From the NCBI RefSeq assembly GCF_009914755.1, contig NC_060934.1: DNA of 64,000 bases. One strand, 5' to 3'. The notes under the pieces were generated by a model. It searched no databases, had not been told where the DNA came from, and worked only from the letters and a program-made list of their open reading frames with translations. This document shows, piece after piece, positions 34,423 through 49,281 of this stretch (position 1 is its first letter; each line of letters begins with the position of its first letter). Position numbers and translations under genes: made by a program. This stretch comes from the human T2T-CHM13v2.0 reference genome, Homo sapiens.

Positions 34423-35330
34423 CTTTGTGGTTTTATCTACTTTTGGTGTTTGATGATGGTGATGTACACATGGGTTTTTGGTGTGGATGTCCTTTCTGTT
34501 TGTTAGTTTTCCTTCTAACAGACAGGACCCTCAGCTGCAGGTCTGTTGGAATACCCTGCTGTGTGAGGTGTCAGTGTGCCCCTGCTGGGGGGGTGCCTCC
34601 CAATTAGGCTGCTCAGGGGTCAGGGATTAGGGACCCACTTGAGGAGGCAGTCTGCCCGTTCTCAGATCTCCAGCTGTGTGCTGGGAGAACCACTGCTCTC
34701 TTCAAAGCTGTCAGACAGGGACATTTAAGTCTGCAGAGGTTACTGCTGTCTTTTTGTTTGTCTGTGCCCTGCCCCCAGAGGTGGAGCCTACAGAGGCAGG
34801 CAGGCCTCCTTGAGCTGTGGTGGGCTCCACCCAGTTCGAGCTTCTGGGCTGCTTTGTTTACCTAAGCAAGCCTGGGCAATGGCGGGCGCCCCTCCCCCAG
34901 CCTCGCTCCCACCTTGCAGTTTGATCTCAGACTGCTGTGCTCGCAATCAGCGAGATTCCGTGGGCGTAGGACCCTCCAAGCCAGGTGCGTAATATAACCT
35001 CGTGGTGTGCCGTGTTTTAAGCCAGTCGGAAAAGCGCAGTATTCGGGTGGGAGTGACCCGATTTTCCAGGTGCCGTCTGTCACCCCTTTCTTTGACTAGG
35101 AAAGGGAACTCCCTGACCCCTTGCGCTTCCCGAGTGAGGCAATGCCTCGCCCTGCTTCGGCTGGCGCACGGTGAGCGCACCCGCTGACCTGCGCCCACTG
35201 TCTGGCACTCCCTAGTCAGATGAACCCGGTACCTCAGATGGAAATGCAGAAATCACCCCTCTTCTGCGTCGCTCATGCTGGGAGCTGTAGGCCGGAGCTG
35301 TTCCTATTCGGCCATCTTGGCTCCTCCCCC
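34423..35330 (-). promoter_or_regulatory. L1 5'UTR internal promoter with antisense promoter region; YY1 site intact
   Basis: CpG-rich; CAAGATGGCCG on the minus strand at 35309-35319. Confidence 0.8.
34879..34992 (+). pseudogene. L1 ORF0, truncated to 37 codons
   Basis: MAGAPPPASLPPCSLISDCCARNQRDSVGVGPSKPGA then TAA; canonical ORF0 is 71 aa. Confidence 0.85.
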
Positions 35331-35392
35331 TCTTGACTTCTTAATAATAGTCGCTCTAACCGGTATATGATGGTATCTCACTGTGATTTTAA

Positions 35393-35840
<448 letters not shown>

Positions 35841-38800
35841 TTATTTTAGTTCCTCATAGATTCTGAATATTAGTCTTTGTCAAATGCATAATTTGCAAAT
35901 ATTTTCTTCCATTCTGTAAGTTATCTGTTTACTCTTTTGGTTATTTCTTTCGCTTTACAGAAGTTTTTTTGGTTTAATTAAGTCCCATTTGTCAATTTTT
36001 GTTTCTGTTGCTTCTGCTTTTGATGTTTCAGTCATAAATTTTTTGCTTAGGCCAGTGTCTAAAAGAATATTTTTCTAGATTTTCTCCTAGGATTTTTATA
36101 GTTTCAGGACTTACATTTAAGTCCTTAGCCCACCTTGAGCTAAGTTTTTTTATATGGTGAGAGGTAGGAATCCAGTTTTATTCTTCTGCATATGGCTATG
36201 CAATTTTCCCAGCATCATTTATTGAATAGGGTGTCCTTTCCTCACTCTATATTTTTGTCAACTTTGTCAAGATCAGTTAACTGTAGGTGTGTGGCTTTAT
36301 TTCTGGGTTCTCTGTCCTATTTCATTGATCTATGTGTCTAGTTATTGTGATTTGGTTATTGTAGCATTTTAGTATGATTTGAATTCAAGTAATGAGCCTT
36401 CTTCTGCTTTGTCTTTTTTGCTCAAGATTCCTTTGGCTACTTCGGGTCTTTTTTGGTTTCATATGAATTTTAGATTTTTTTTTTAATTCTATGAAGAGTG
36501 ATGTTGGTAACTTGATAGGAATTACATTGAAGCTGTAGATTGCTTTGGAAAGAATGGTCATTTTAATGATATTGATTCTTCCAATCCATGAGCGTAAGCT
36601 GTTTTCTCATTTGTTTATATTACCTGCGATTTCTTTCCTCAGGATTTTGTTGTTATTCTTGCATGGGTCTTTCACTTCCTTGGTTAAACATAACCCTAGG
36701 GTGTTTTGTGTGTGTGTGGTTATTGCAAATAGAATGGAGTTCTTGATTTGATTCTCAGCTTGATCATTGTTGGTGTATAGAAATGCTACTAATTTTTTCA
36801 CATTGATTTTGTATTTTAAGACTTCCATGAAGTCATTTATCAAATCTAGGAGTCTTTTGGAGGAGTTTCTAAGGTTTTCTAGATATAAGATCATATCATC
36901 TGCAAACAGATAATCTTGACTTCTGCTTTTCCAATTTTAAAGTCCTTCTTTTTCTCTTGCCTAGTTACTCTGGTGAGGACTTCCAGTATCATGTTAAATT
37001 AGATTGTTAAAAGTGAGCATCCTTGTCTTTTTCCAGTTCTTATGGGAAACTTTTTCAACCTTTCCTAATTCAGTATGATGGTGGCTGTGGGTTTGTTGTA
37101 TAGGGCTTTTATTATTTTGAGTTATGTTCCTTTTATGCCTGATTTGCTGAGAATTTTTATCATGAGATGATGCAGGAGTTTACCAAATGATTTTTCTGCA
37201 TCTATTGAATAATCATGTGGTTTTTGTTTTTAATTCTTTTTATATGATGTAGCATATCTATTAATTTATATATGTTGAACCATCCATGCATCACTGGAAT
37301 AAATCCCACTTGATTGTGGTGCATTATTATTTTAATGTGCTGTTGGATTCAGTTTGCTAGTATGTTGTTGAGGATTATTGCATCTATGTTCACCAGGGAT
37401 ATTGGCCTGTAGTTTTCTTTTTTTATTGTGTTCTTTCCTGGCTTCTGTATCAGGGTGATGCTAAGACCAAAATGTAGACTATGTTAGGAAGGATTTCCTC
37501 CTAGGATTTTAAGAAAAGTTTCAGTAAGATTGATTCAGTTCTTCCTTGTATGTCTGGTAGAATTTGGGTGAAAATTCATCTTGTCCTGGTTTTTTGTTGT
37601 TGCTGTTTTTGTTATTGGGATTTTTTTAAATTACAGACTGAAATGTGCTGTTATTCTTTCAGGATTTCCTTCACAGTTGATTAGGCTTCTGTTTTACTGC
37701 TTTGAAGATTTTTTCCTTCACATTGACATTGGAGGATGTGATGACTATGTGCCTTGGTAAGGTTCATCTTGCAGTGTATCTCCCAGGAGTTCTCTGGGCT
37801 TTTTTGTATCTGAATGTCTAAATCTCTTGGAAGACCAGAGAAGTTTTCAGGAATTATTCTTTCAAATAGGTTTTTCATAGTTTTTGCTTTTTCCTCCTCT
37901 CTCTCTGGAATGCCAATAACTGATAGATTTTGATGCTTTACATAATCTCATGTTTCTCAAAGGCTTGGTTCATTTTTTATTGTTTTTTATTATTTTTTCT
38001 GACTGAGTTAATTGTAAAGTCTTGTCTTTCAGTTCTAAAATTCTGTCTTCTGCTTGGTCTAGCCTATTGTTAAAGCTTTCAACTGTATTTAGTAAATTCT
38101 TTCAATAATTTTTTTATTTCCAGGAGTTCTGTTTGCTTTTACTTAAAAAAATTAGTGTCTTCTTTCATATTCTGTATTTCTTTTCTGATTTATGTTGGCT
38201 TCCAACTTTCTCTTGGATCTCATTGAGATTCCTTACAATTCATATTTTAAATTTTTTATCTGTCATTTCAGAGTTTTTATTTGTTTAGAATCCATGGCAA
38301 GAGAGCTGATTTGTTTCTTTGGGATGTTGTAATGCGCTGCTTTTTTCATACTGCCTCAGTTCCTACACTGAGTGCTCATTTGGCTTCAGTTCTTTGTGTT
38401 TTCAAGGTTCCAAAGCTTTGTATGAGTTCATTGGTTATAGACAGTCTTTGTGCAGCAGCTTTCTCAAATGATGGTTGTAGTAATGATGTACTTGGCATAT
38501 GAGCAAGCTCATTGCCTTCTGCAAGACTGGGGTTGCATAGGTCTCAGGAATGTTATTTCTTTCCCCAGCACTATGCACTTCTGTCAGCAGGTTTTGTACT
38601 GAGTTGTGCAGTTCAACCTCCAGGCCAGTACGTGGCACTTAGGGGTAAGAGCTGGCTTCAGCAGAAGCAGGTGAGGATGTACTTGATCTTTGTTTACTGG
38701 GAGGTGCTCTGATATTTCAGGTGATGGTCTGGGCTGTGGAATGCTTCATGCCTTGGGTTCCTTGCTTAGCCTGGGGGATGAGGGAACAAAGCTTGGTGGA

Positions 38801-41800
38801 GCTGGATCACCAAGCTTGTCTACAAATAGCTAATGACAAGTACAGACACCAGCCCTGACACAGTGTCAGGGAGAACTGGTGACATGCATTGAGGTCTGCA
38901 CAGGGCCAGGGAGGCAGCTGCACCAACTCCATGTCCTAAGAAGGCAAGAATGCAATTCATTTCCCTATCACCCCCATGTCCCAGGACTCGAGACTCTCAG
39001 CTCAGTAAGACACTGTCCTCTATCTCCAGAACACAATGTAGCTGAGACCAGTAGAAAACACCAGTCCCGGAGTTTTCTACGGAAGAGGCTTTGGGGCAAA
39101 ACCTCTTTCTTCAGCCCAATACAGACAGCGTTGTGACTTGTATGTTTTCCAATGCAGGAATGCTGCTGTTTTTTTGGCGGGGGGTGGGGGGTGGGGTGCA
39201 GTGGGGTTGGGGAACCGGCTCTGCCTTTTGGTGAGTGCAGGTGGGTACCAGCTGTGGTGGTGTCGGCTGGTTGGGTCAGGCTGACCTCAGATCCCAGGGG
39301 GAAGTGTCAGTTGCCAGTGGTAATGGACAGGGCTAGGCAATCCCCCCAGTCTCCAGTCCCCTAGACTGCCCTCCAGATGGCATATACAAGTCCTGAAGGA
39401 ACTGGACTGGGACACAATCAGCAGACTTGTCTTCAGGTCCATGGGGTTCAGGTGCTGGCTGTGATCAGAAACAGTAGGCTGGTTCCCAGGCTACCAGCAG
39501 AATGTTCAGGTTGGAGCAGAGTGACTGTGCTGCAGACCTGCTGCCAGAGAAGGCAGGCCCCTCTCAGTGTAGGCAGGCAGCCATGAGGTGCCAGTTGGTA
39601 CACTCCCCAGTCACACAGCAGCAGCAATGGTATCTGTCACTGGGGAGTGTGAAGGTGCCCAGTCTCCCTGCTCCCTCCCTGGTCTGGTGGCAGAGGTGGT
39701 AGTGGCAGCAGTGGTGGCTGTGGCAGCCCCCGGGCAGAAAGCAGACCTCTGGGAACCAGTCTCTCAGAATAGCACCAGGCCTGCCACTGAAATGCTCAGG
39801 CAGCGGCAGGGTGGCTATGCTGCTGGATGGCCACTGAGAAAGCTAGCCCTCTCTCAGTGGAAGCAGTGAAGGCAAGCAGCTGTTAGGGTGCACTGTTCAA
39901 GAACTCCTCTGTCCGCAGCAGCAGGGGTGGCGTCTGTCCTTGGAGACTGTGAAGATGCCCAGTATCCCTACTCCCTCCCTGGCCCAGTGGCAGCAGTGGC
40001 AATGACAGCCCCAGGGCAAAATGCAGGTCTCTGGGGGCTGAGCTTTCAGAATGGTGCTGGGCAGCAGCTGCTCAGGGTTCAAAAGCCTGTGGGACTCTAG
40101 GTGAGTTTGAGTAGTGCCTCTATGCAACCTCCAGGCAGCTCTCCATGTTAGTCTGGAGGTCCAGTGGGATCGGGGGTCTAGGAGCTCTCCCATTACCAAG
40201 ATTGCAAAAGTCCCTGGAGAAAGTGTGGAGCCCCAAGGGTTCCTCACTCACCCCTTCCCAGCATCAGAGAGCTTCTCAAACTCCACACCAGTCCCAGGCC
40301 AGCAGCCTGCCCAGCCTCACCCTCCTTTGCTTCCTATAATTCCTATCGCTTCTCGGATGAAATCCAGTGCTCTGTCTTAGATGATCTGTTCAAAGTGTGA
40401 GTATTTTACTCAGTATTTTAATTACCTTCCATGAGAGAAGTGCCCGCTAGCTGCATCTGGTCCACCATATTCACATTTCTACTTATATTTTACTCATACA
40501 TATCAGACGTACATATTTTGGAGATACATGTGGTAATTTGATACCTTCATATAATCAAATCAGGGTAACTGGATTATCTCTCACCTTAAATATTCATCTT
40601 TTGTTTACAGTAGGATCGTGTGACTTATTCTCTCCTAGCTATTTTGAAATGTACAATTGATTAATGCTAACTGTAGTCATCCTACTGATGCATCAAACAT
40701 CATGTTTTATTTATTTTATCTAAGTATTTATTTGTACACATTAATCAACCTCTCTTCATGCCTTTCTCCCCCATCTATCCTTCCCGGCCTCTGGTAATCA
40801 CAAATCTACGCTCAATCTTCATGAAATCTACTTTTTTTCTTTAGCTCCTACATATGACTGAGAACATGCAATATTTCTCTTTCTGTGCTTGGCTTATTTC
40901 ACTCAACATAATGAACTTCAGTTCCATCTATGTTGCTACAATGCCAGGATTTCATTCTATTTTATGGATAAATAATATTCCATGGTGTATATATACCACA
41001 TATTTTTTCTATTCATCTACTGTTGGGACACTAAGTTGATTCCATATTTTGGCTGTTGAAAACAGTGCTGTAATAATTATGTGAGTGCAGATATCTCTTC
41101 AATATATTGATTTCCTTTCTTTTGGATATATAGCCAGTAGTGAAGTTGGTGGATCATATGGTAGTTCTATATGTAGTTTTTTAACCACCCCTCCATACTG
41201 TTTTCCATGGTCATTGTACTAATTTACATTCCTACCAGCACTGTACAAGGGTTCTGCTATTTCCACATCCTCAGCAGCATCCTTTTTTCTCTGTCTTTGA
41301 TAAAAGCCATTCTAACTGGGGTGAGATTATATGTCATTATGGTTTTCATTTACATTTCTTTGACAATTCAGCATTTTTTATACACCTATTGGCCATTTCT
41401 ATGTCTTCTTTTGATAAATGTCTATTCAGATCTTTTGCCCATTTTTTATTCAGATCATTTGGCTTTTTGTTATTGGGTTGTTTGAGCTCCTTATATATTC
41501 TGCTTGTTAATCCCTTGGACGATGGGAAGTTTGCAAATATTTTCTACCATTATTTGGGTTGTCTTTTCATTTTGTTGTTTCCTTTCCCGTGCAGAAGCTT
41601 TTAGCTTGATGTAATTCTGTTTATCTTTTTTTGCCTTCGTTGACTGTGTTTTGAGTTCTCTCACACACACAATATCTTTGCCCAGATGAATCCCTGCATT
41701 TTCTTCTAGTAGTTTTATAGTTTCAGGTTTTAGATTTAAGTCTTTATTCCATTTTTATTTGACCTTTGTATATAGTGAGAGACAGAGGTCTAGTTTTATT

Positions 41801-43300
41801 TTTCTGCATATGGTTATCCAATTTTTCTAACGCCATTTATTGTAAAGGGTGCCCTTTCTTCAATGTATGTTCTTGCATCTTTATCAAAAATGAATTGGCT
41901 GTAAAAGTGTGGATTTATATCTGGGTTCTGTGTTCTGTTGCACTGGTCTATGTATCTGTTTTTATGCTACTACCATGCTGATTTGGTTACTATAGCTTTG
42001 TAGTATATTTTGAAGTCAAGTCAGATAGTGTGATCCCCCCAGTTTTTTGTTTTTGTTTTTGTTTTTGGTAAAGATTGCTTTAGTTATTCCAGTTCTTTTG
42101 TGAATTCATATAAATTTTAAGATTTTTTTTCCTTTTTCTGTGAAGAAAGCAATTAGTAGTTTGATAGAAATAAATAGAATCTGTAAATTGCTTCAGGTAC
42201 CATTGTCATTTTAACAATATTAATTCTTCCAACCCACTAGCATGGAATAGTCTTCCATTCTTCTGTGTCCTCTTCAATTTCTTCCATCAGTGTTTTATAG
42301 TTTTTCTTGCATATGTCTTTCACTTTGTGGTTAAATCAATTCCTAAGTATTTTATATTCTTCGTAGCTATTGTAAATGGGATTGCTCTCTTTATTTCTTT
42401 TTCTTGTTTGCTGTTGGTGTATATAAATTCTACTGATTTTGTATGTTGTTTTTTCATCCTACAGCTTTACTAAATTTGTTTCACTAGTTCTAACAGTTTT
42501 CAGTGTAGTATTTAGGGTTTTCTAGGTATAAGATCATGTTATCTGTGAACAAAGCTAATTTGACTTCTTCCTTTTCTGTTTGGGTGCTCTTTATTTCTTT
42601 CTCTTGCCTAATTACTCTTACTAGAACATCCAGTACTATGTTGAATAAACGTAGTAAAAGTGAGCATCCTTGTCTTGTTCCAAATCTTAGAGAAAAGGCT
42701 TTCAGTTTTTCCTCATTCAGTGTGATGTTGGCTATGGAGCTGTCATATATGGCTCTTATTATTTTGAGGTTTTTATTATACTCAGTTTGTTGAAGGTTTT
42801 TATTATGAAGGAATGTTGAATTCTATCAAATGCTTTTTCAACATCTATTGAAATGATAGTATGATTTTTTGGTTTTGATTCTGTTAGTGTGACGCATACA
42901 TGTATTGATTTGAGCACTTTGAACCATCCTTGCATCGCTGGGATGAATCCCACTTGGTCATGATGAGTGATATTTTTAATGTGTTGGTGAATTTGGTCTG
43001 CTAGTCTTTCATTGGGGAATTTTGGATCTATGTTTATCAGTGGTATTGGCCTGTGGTCTTATATTTTGTTGTGTTATGGTCTGGTTTTGCTATCAGGGTA
43101 ATGCTGGCCTCATAGAATGATTTGAAATTATTCCCTTCTCTTCAACTTTTTGAAGATATATTTGTTAATTATTGTAGATTTAGGTGGTATAAATGTAGTT
43201 TTGCTACATGGATATATTGTGCAGTGCTTAAGTCTCATATTTTAGTGTAGCCATCATCCAAATAGTGTACATTGTATGCATTAAGTAATTTCTCACCCCT

Positions 43301-45345
43301 TGCCCTCTTTCACCACACCTATTCAACTTAGTATTGGAAGTTCTGGCCAGGGAAATCATGCAAGAGAAAGAAATAAAGGGCATTCAAATAGGAATAGAGG
43401 AAGTCATACTATTTTGAAGATGACCTGATCCTATTTCTAGAAAACCCCATTATCTCAGCCCAAAAGCTTCTTAAGCTGACAAGCAACTTCAGCCAAGTCT
43501 TGGGATACAAAATCAATGTGCAAAAATCGCTAGCCTTCCTATACACCAACAACAGGCAAGCCAAGAGCCAAATCACGAGTGAACTCCCATTTACAATTGC
43601 CACAAAAATAATAAAATACCTAGCAGTACAGCTAAGTAGGGTGGTGAAAGGCCTCTACAAGAACTACAGAACATTACTTAAAGAAATCAGAGATGACATC
43701 AACAAATGAAAAAACATTTTATGCTCATGGATAGGAAGAATCAAGATTACTAAAATGGCCATACTGCCCAAAGCAATTTATAGATTCAATGCTATTCTCA
43801 TTAAACTACCATTGACCTTCTTCACAGAACTAGAAAATACTATTTTAATATTCATATGGAGCCAAAAAAGAGCTCGAATAGCCAAGGCAATCCTAAGCAA
43901 AAAGAACAAAGCTCAAGACATGATGCTATATGACTTCAAACTATACTACAGGGCTACAGTAACCAAAACAGCCTCATACTAGTACAAGAACAGACAAAGA
44001 CTAATGGAACAGAATAGAGAACCCAGAAATAAGACTACACACTTACCATCATCTGATCTTTGACAAACCTGACAAAAGCAAGCAATAAGAAAAGGATTTC
44101 TGATTCAATTAATGGTGCTGGGATAACTGACTAGCCATAAGCATAAGATTAAAACTGGACCCATTCCTTATACCATGTACGAAAATTAACTCAAGGTGGA
44201 TTAAAGACTTAACATGTAAAACCCAAAACTGTAAAAATCCTGGAAGACAACCTAGGCAATACCATGTAGGACATAGGCATGGGCAAACATTTCATGACAA
44301 AGATGCCAAAGGAAATTGCAACAAAAGCAAAAATTGATGAATGGGATCTAATTAAACTAAAGAGCATCTGCACAGCAAAAGAAACTATCCACAGAACAAA
44401 CAAACAACCTACAGAATGGGAGAAAATTTTTGCAAACCATGCATCTCACAAAGATCTAATAACCAGAATCTATAAGGAACTTAACTAATTTACAAGAAAA
44501 AAAACAATTCCATTAAAAAGTGGACAAAGGACATGGACAGACACTTCTCAAAAGAAGACATACATGCAGCCAACAATCATATGAAAAAAAGCTCAACATC
44601 ACTGATCATTAGAATGATGCAAATCAAAACCACAATGAGATACCATCTTACACCAGTCAGAAGGGCTATTATTAAAAAATCAGAAACTAACTGATGCTGG
44701 CAAGGTTGTGGAGAAAATGGAATGCATTTACACTGCTGGTAGGAAAGTAAATTAGTTCAACCATTGTGGATGGCAGTGTGGTGATTCCTAAAGACAGAAA
44801 TACCAGTGGACCCCGCAATCCCATTACTGGGTGTATACCCAAAGGAATATAAATGGTTCTGTTACAAAGACACATGCACACATGTCTTCATTTCAGCACT
44901 ATTCACAACAGCGAAGACATGGAATCAACCTAAATGCCCAACAATGATAGACTGGATAAAGAAATTGTGGCATATATGTACTATAGAATATCATGCAGCC
45001 ATAAAAAAGAATGAGATTATGTCCTTTGCAGGGACAAAGATGGAGCTGGAGGCCATTATCCTTAGCAAACTATCACATGAACAGAAAACCAAATACCACA
45101 TGTTCTCATTTATAAGTGGGAGCTAAATGATGAGAACACATGGACACATGGTGGTGAACAAAACACACTGGGGCTTATTAGAGGGGACAGGGAGGGAGGA
45201 GGGAGAGGATCAGAAAAAATAACTAATGGTTACTAGGCTTAATACCTGAGTGATGAAATAATCTGTTCAATAGCCCCCATGTCACATCTTTACCTATGTA
45301 ACATACCTGCTACATGTACCCCTGAATTTAAAAGTATTTTAAAAA
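43301..45345 (+). mobile_element. 5'-truncated L1PA (PA11-13-like)
   Basis: ORF2 remnants [44 protein letters not shown]; 3'UTR 'gggagaggatcagaaaaaataactaat'. Confidence 0.88.
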
Positions 45346-45568
45346 TTTTTCATCCTCCACTTCTCCTTTCACCCTCATGCCCTCTGAGTCTCCAGTGTCT
45401 ATTATTTCACTTTCTATATCGATGTGTCCACATTATTTAGGTCCCACATTAGAACATATGGTATTTGACTATTTTCAAGTTATTTCACTTAAGATAATGG
45501 CATCTAGTTCCATCCATGTTGCTACAAAAGACATTTTATCATTGTTTATGGCTGAGTAGTATTCCTTG

Positions 45569-45572
<4 letters not shown>

Positions 45573-45614
<42 letters not shown>
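45573..45614. repeat. (TG)n microsatellite
   Basis: About 21 TG units. Confidence 0.97.
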
Positions 45615-45615
<1 letters not shown>

Positions 45616-45908
45616 ACATTTTCTTTATTCAACCATCCATAGAGGGGCACTTGGGTTGATTCCTTATCTTTGTTATTATGAATAGTGCTGTGATAAACAT
45701 GAGTGTAGGTATCTTTTTTATATGATGATTTCCTTTTCCTTTGGGTAGATACCCAGTAGTGGGATTGCTGGATTAATGATGAGAATTGCTGTTAGCTCTT
45801 TTAAATATTTGGTAAAATTCAGCAGTAAAACCATCAGGTCCCAGACTTCTATTTGATGGGATACATTTTAGCACAGCTTCAATCTTATTATTCATTATTG
45901 GTTTAAGG

Positions 45909-47880
45909 TTTTTTTTTTTTACAGTTCAGTGGGTTTTATTCATTTTATTTTATAGAGTTTTATTTTAGGTTCAGGTGTACATATGCAAGTTTGTTATGTA
46001 GGTAAATTGCATGTCACTGGAGTTTGGTGTACAGCCAGATAATAAACATAGTACTCAATAGGTAGTTTTTCAATCCTCACTCTCTTCCTACTCTCTATCC
46101 TGAAGTAGGCCCAGTGCCTGTTGTTCCTTTCCTTGTGCCCATATGTACTCAATGTTTAACTCCCACTTATGATAACAGGTGGTATTTGGTTTTCTGTTCC
46201 TGCATTAGTTCACTTAGGATAATGACCTCCAGGTTCATCCATGTTGCTGCAAAAAACATGATCTCATTCTTTTTTATAATGGCATAGTATTCCATGGTGT
46301 ATATGTACCACATTTCTAAAACTTATTCTACCGTTGATGGGAATTCAGGTTGATTCTGTCTCTGCCATTGCGAATAGTGCTGCAATGAACATAAGCATGC
46401 ACGTATCTTTATAGCGGAACAATCTACATTCCTTTGGGCATATACCCAGTAGTGATATTGCTAGGCTGAATGATGATTCTGTTTTAATTTTTTTAGAGAA
46501 ATCACCAAACTGTTTTCCACAATCACTCAACTAATTTTCATTCCCATCAACAGTATATAAGCATTCCCTTTTCTCTGCATCCTTGCCAGCATCTGTTGTT
46601 TTTTTTACTTTTTAATAATAGCCATTTTTACTGGTGCAAGATGGTATCACATCGTGGTTTTGATTTGCACTTCTCTAATGATCAGTGATGTTGAGCATTT
46701 TGTCATATGCTTATTGGCTGTGTGTATGTCTTCTTTTGAAAAGTGTTCATGTACTTTGCTCACTTTTTAACGGGGTCGTTTGTTTTTTGCTTATAGATTC
46801 TGGATCAAACCTTAGATAGATGCATAGTTTGCAAATATTTTCTCTCATTCTTTAGGTTATTCGTTTACTCTGTTGATAGTTACTTTTGCTGTGCAGAATC
46901 TCTTTAGTTTAATTAGGTTCCATTTGTCAATTTTTGTTTTTGTTGCAATTGTTTTGGCATCTTAATCACAAAATATTTGTCAGGTCTTATGTCCAGAATG
47001 GTATTTCCTCAGTTATCTCCCATGATTTTTATAGTTTTTATAAGTCTTTCATCCATCCTGAGTTAATTTTTGCACATAGTATAAAGAAGGGGTCCAGTTT
47101 CAATCTTCTGCATATGCTAGCCAGTTGTCCCAGCACCATTTATTAAATAGTGAGACTTTCCCAATTGTTTGTTTTCGTCAACTTAGTTGAAGATCAGATG
47201 GTTTTAGGTGTTCAACTTTATTTCTGGGTTCTCTGTTGTGTTCCATTGGCCTGTGTGTCTGTTTTTGTACCAATACCATAGTTTCAGTTACTGTAGCCTT
47301 GTAGTATAGTTTGAAGTCCGGTAACATAATGCCTCCAGCATTGTGCTTTTTGCTTAGGATCATCTTGGATATTCAGGCTCTTTTTTGGTTCTATATGAAC
47401 TTCAGAATAGTTTTTTTCTAATTCTCTGAAGAATGTCCTTGGTAGTTTGATAGGAATAACATTGAATCTGTAAATTGCTTTGGGCAGTATGGCCATTTTA
47501 ACAACACTGATTCTTTCTATCCCTGGGCATGGAAGGTTTTTCCATTTTTTATCCTACATGATTTCTTTGAGCAGTGTTTTGTAATTCTCATTTTAGAAAT
47601 CTTTCACCTCCCTGCTTAGCAGTATTGCTAGGTATTTTATTCTTTTTGTGGCTATTGTGAATGGGATTGCATTTCATGATTTGGCCCCCAGCTTAGATAT
47701 TTTTGGTATATAGGGATGCTACTGGTTTTTGTACATTAATTTTGTATCCTGAAACTTTGCCGACATTGTTTATTAGATTAAGGAGCTTTTTGGCAGAGAC
47801 TATGGGATTCTCTAGGTATGGAATCATAGTCTTCAAACAGGGATAGTTTGACTTTCACTCTTCCTGTTTGCATGCCCTTT
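45909..47880 (-). mobile_element. 5'-truncated L1PA15/16-like element
   Basis: Antisense 3'UTR and ORF2 ([19 protein letters not shown]); flanked by aggtttttt on both sides. Confidence 0.85.
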
Positions 47881-49281
47881 ATTGAGGTTTTTTATTTCTT
47901 CCTGGTTCAATCTCAGTGGACTGCATATGTCCAGGAATTTATCCACTTATCTGGGTTTTTCAATTTACTGGTGAAAAGTCCAGAATGATTCTTTGCATTT
48001 CTGAAGTTTCAGTTGTTATGTTCCCTTTTTCATTTCTGTTTATTTATCTGTTTTTTTGTTTGTTTTGTTTTAGTCTCAATTCTATTTATGTCTGCTGTGA
48101 TCTTTATTATTCATTTATTTCTACTAATGTTGGGTTTGGTTCATTCTTGATTTTCTGCTTCTTTGAAGTGCATCATTAGGTTGTTTATTTCAAGTCTTTC
48201 TGAGTTTATCATATAGGCATTTTTTGCTGTGAACTTCCTTCTTAGCACTGCTTTTGCTGTATTCCATAGCTTATGGTGTGTTGCATTTCCATTTTCATTG
48301 TTTCAAGAATTTTTAAAATTGCTTTCTTTATTTCTTCATTAACCCACTGGTTGTTCAGGGGCATGTTGTTTAATTTCTTTGTTTTGGTGTTGTCTCTGAG
48401 GTTTCCCTTGTTGTTCACTTCTAGTTTAATTCCCCTGTGGTCAGAGAAGATACTTGATATAATTTCTATTTTCTTGGAATTTGTTCACACTTGTTTTGTC
48501 ATTTAAGACATGGTCTTTTCTGGAGAATGTTCCATATGCTGGCAAAAAGAATGTGTATTATATAGCAGTTGGGTGAAATCTTCTGTGTGTGTTAGGGCTG
48601 TTTGATCTAGTGTGTAGTTTAACTCCTGTGTTGTTTTATTTTCTGTCAGAATGATCTGTCCATTACTTAGACTGAGACATTGATGTCCCCTGCTATTATT
48701 GTATTTCAGCCTATCTCTTCCTTTAGATGTATTTTTTAGTCTATTTGTAATTTTTCCATTGGATTTTATACCTTCAAACATTTTCTTTTTGCACATTAGT
48801 GCTTTTTTTCTTTCAGATTGAAGAACTCTCTTTATCATTTCTTGTAAGAAAAGTCTGGTGGTGGTGAATTCTCTCAGCTTCTGTTTGTCTGGGGAAGACT
48901 TTATCTCTATTTCATATCTGAAGGATAAATTTGCTTGGTAAAGTATGCTCGGATGGCAGTTTTAGTTTTCTTTGAGGAGTTTGAAAATGTCATTCCACTC
49001 CCTCCTGGCCTGTATGGTTACCATTGAGAGGCCTATTCTCAGAGTTCTTGGAGTTATTTTATATGTTATTTGCTTCTTTTGCTGCTTTTAAATTTTTCTC
49101 TTTGTCCTTGACCTTTGAGAGTTTGATTACTATAAGCTTTGGGGTCATCTTACTTGGATCAAATTGTTTGGTGTTCTTTGACCTTCTTGTCCCTGGATAT
49201 TTTATCCTCTTCAAATTTTGGAAAGTTTTCTCTTATTATTTCCTTGGATAAAATTTCTATCCCCTGCTCCTGCTCAGCCCC

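Larger units (their letters stand above)
43156..45779 (-). mobile_element. Short L1PB/MA 3' fragment (43156-43300 and 45345-45779) split by an L1PA insertion
   Basis: 3'UTR antisense 'tttgctacatggatatattgtgcagtg' continues as 'gagtctccagtgtctattatt'. Confidence 0.7.
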
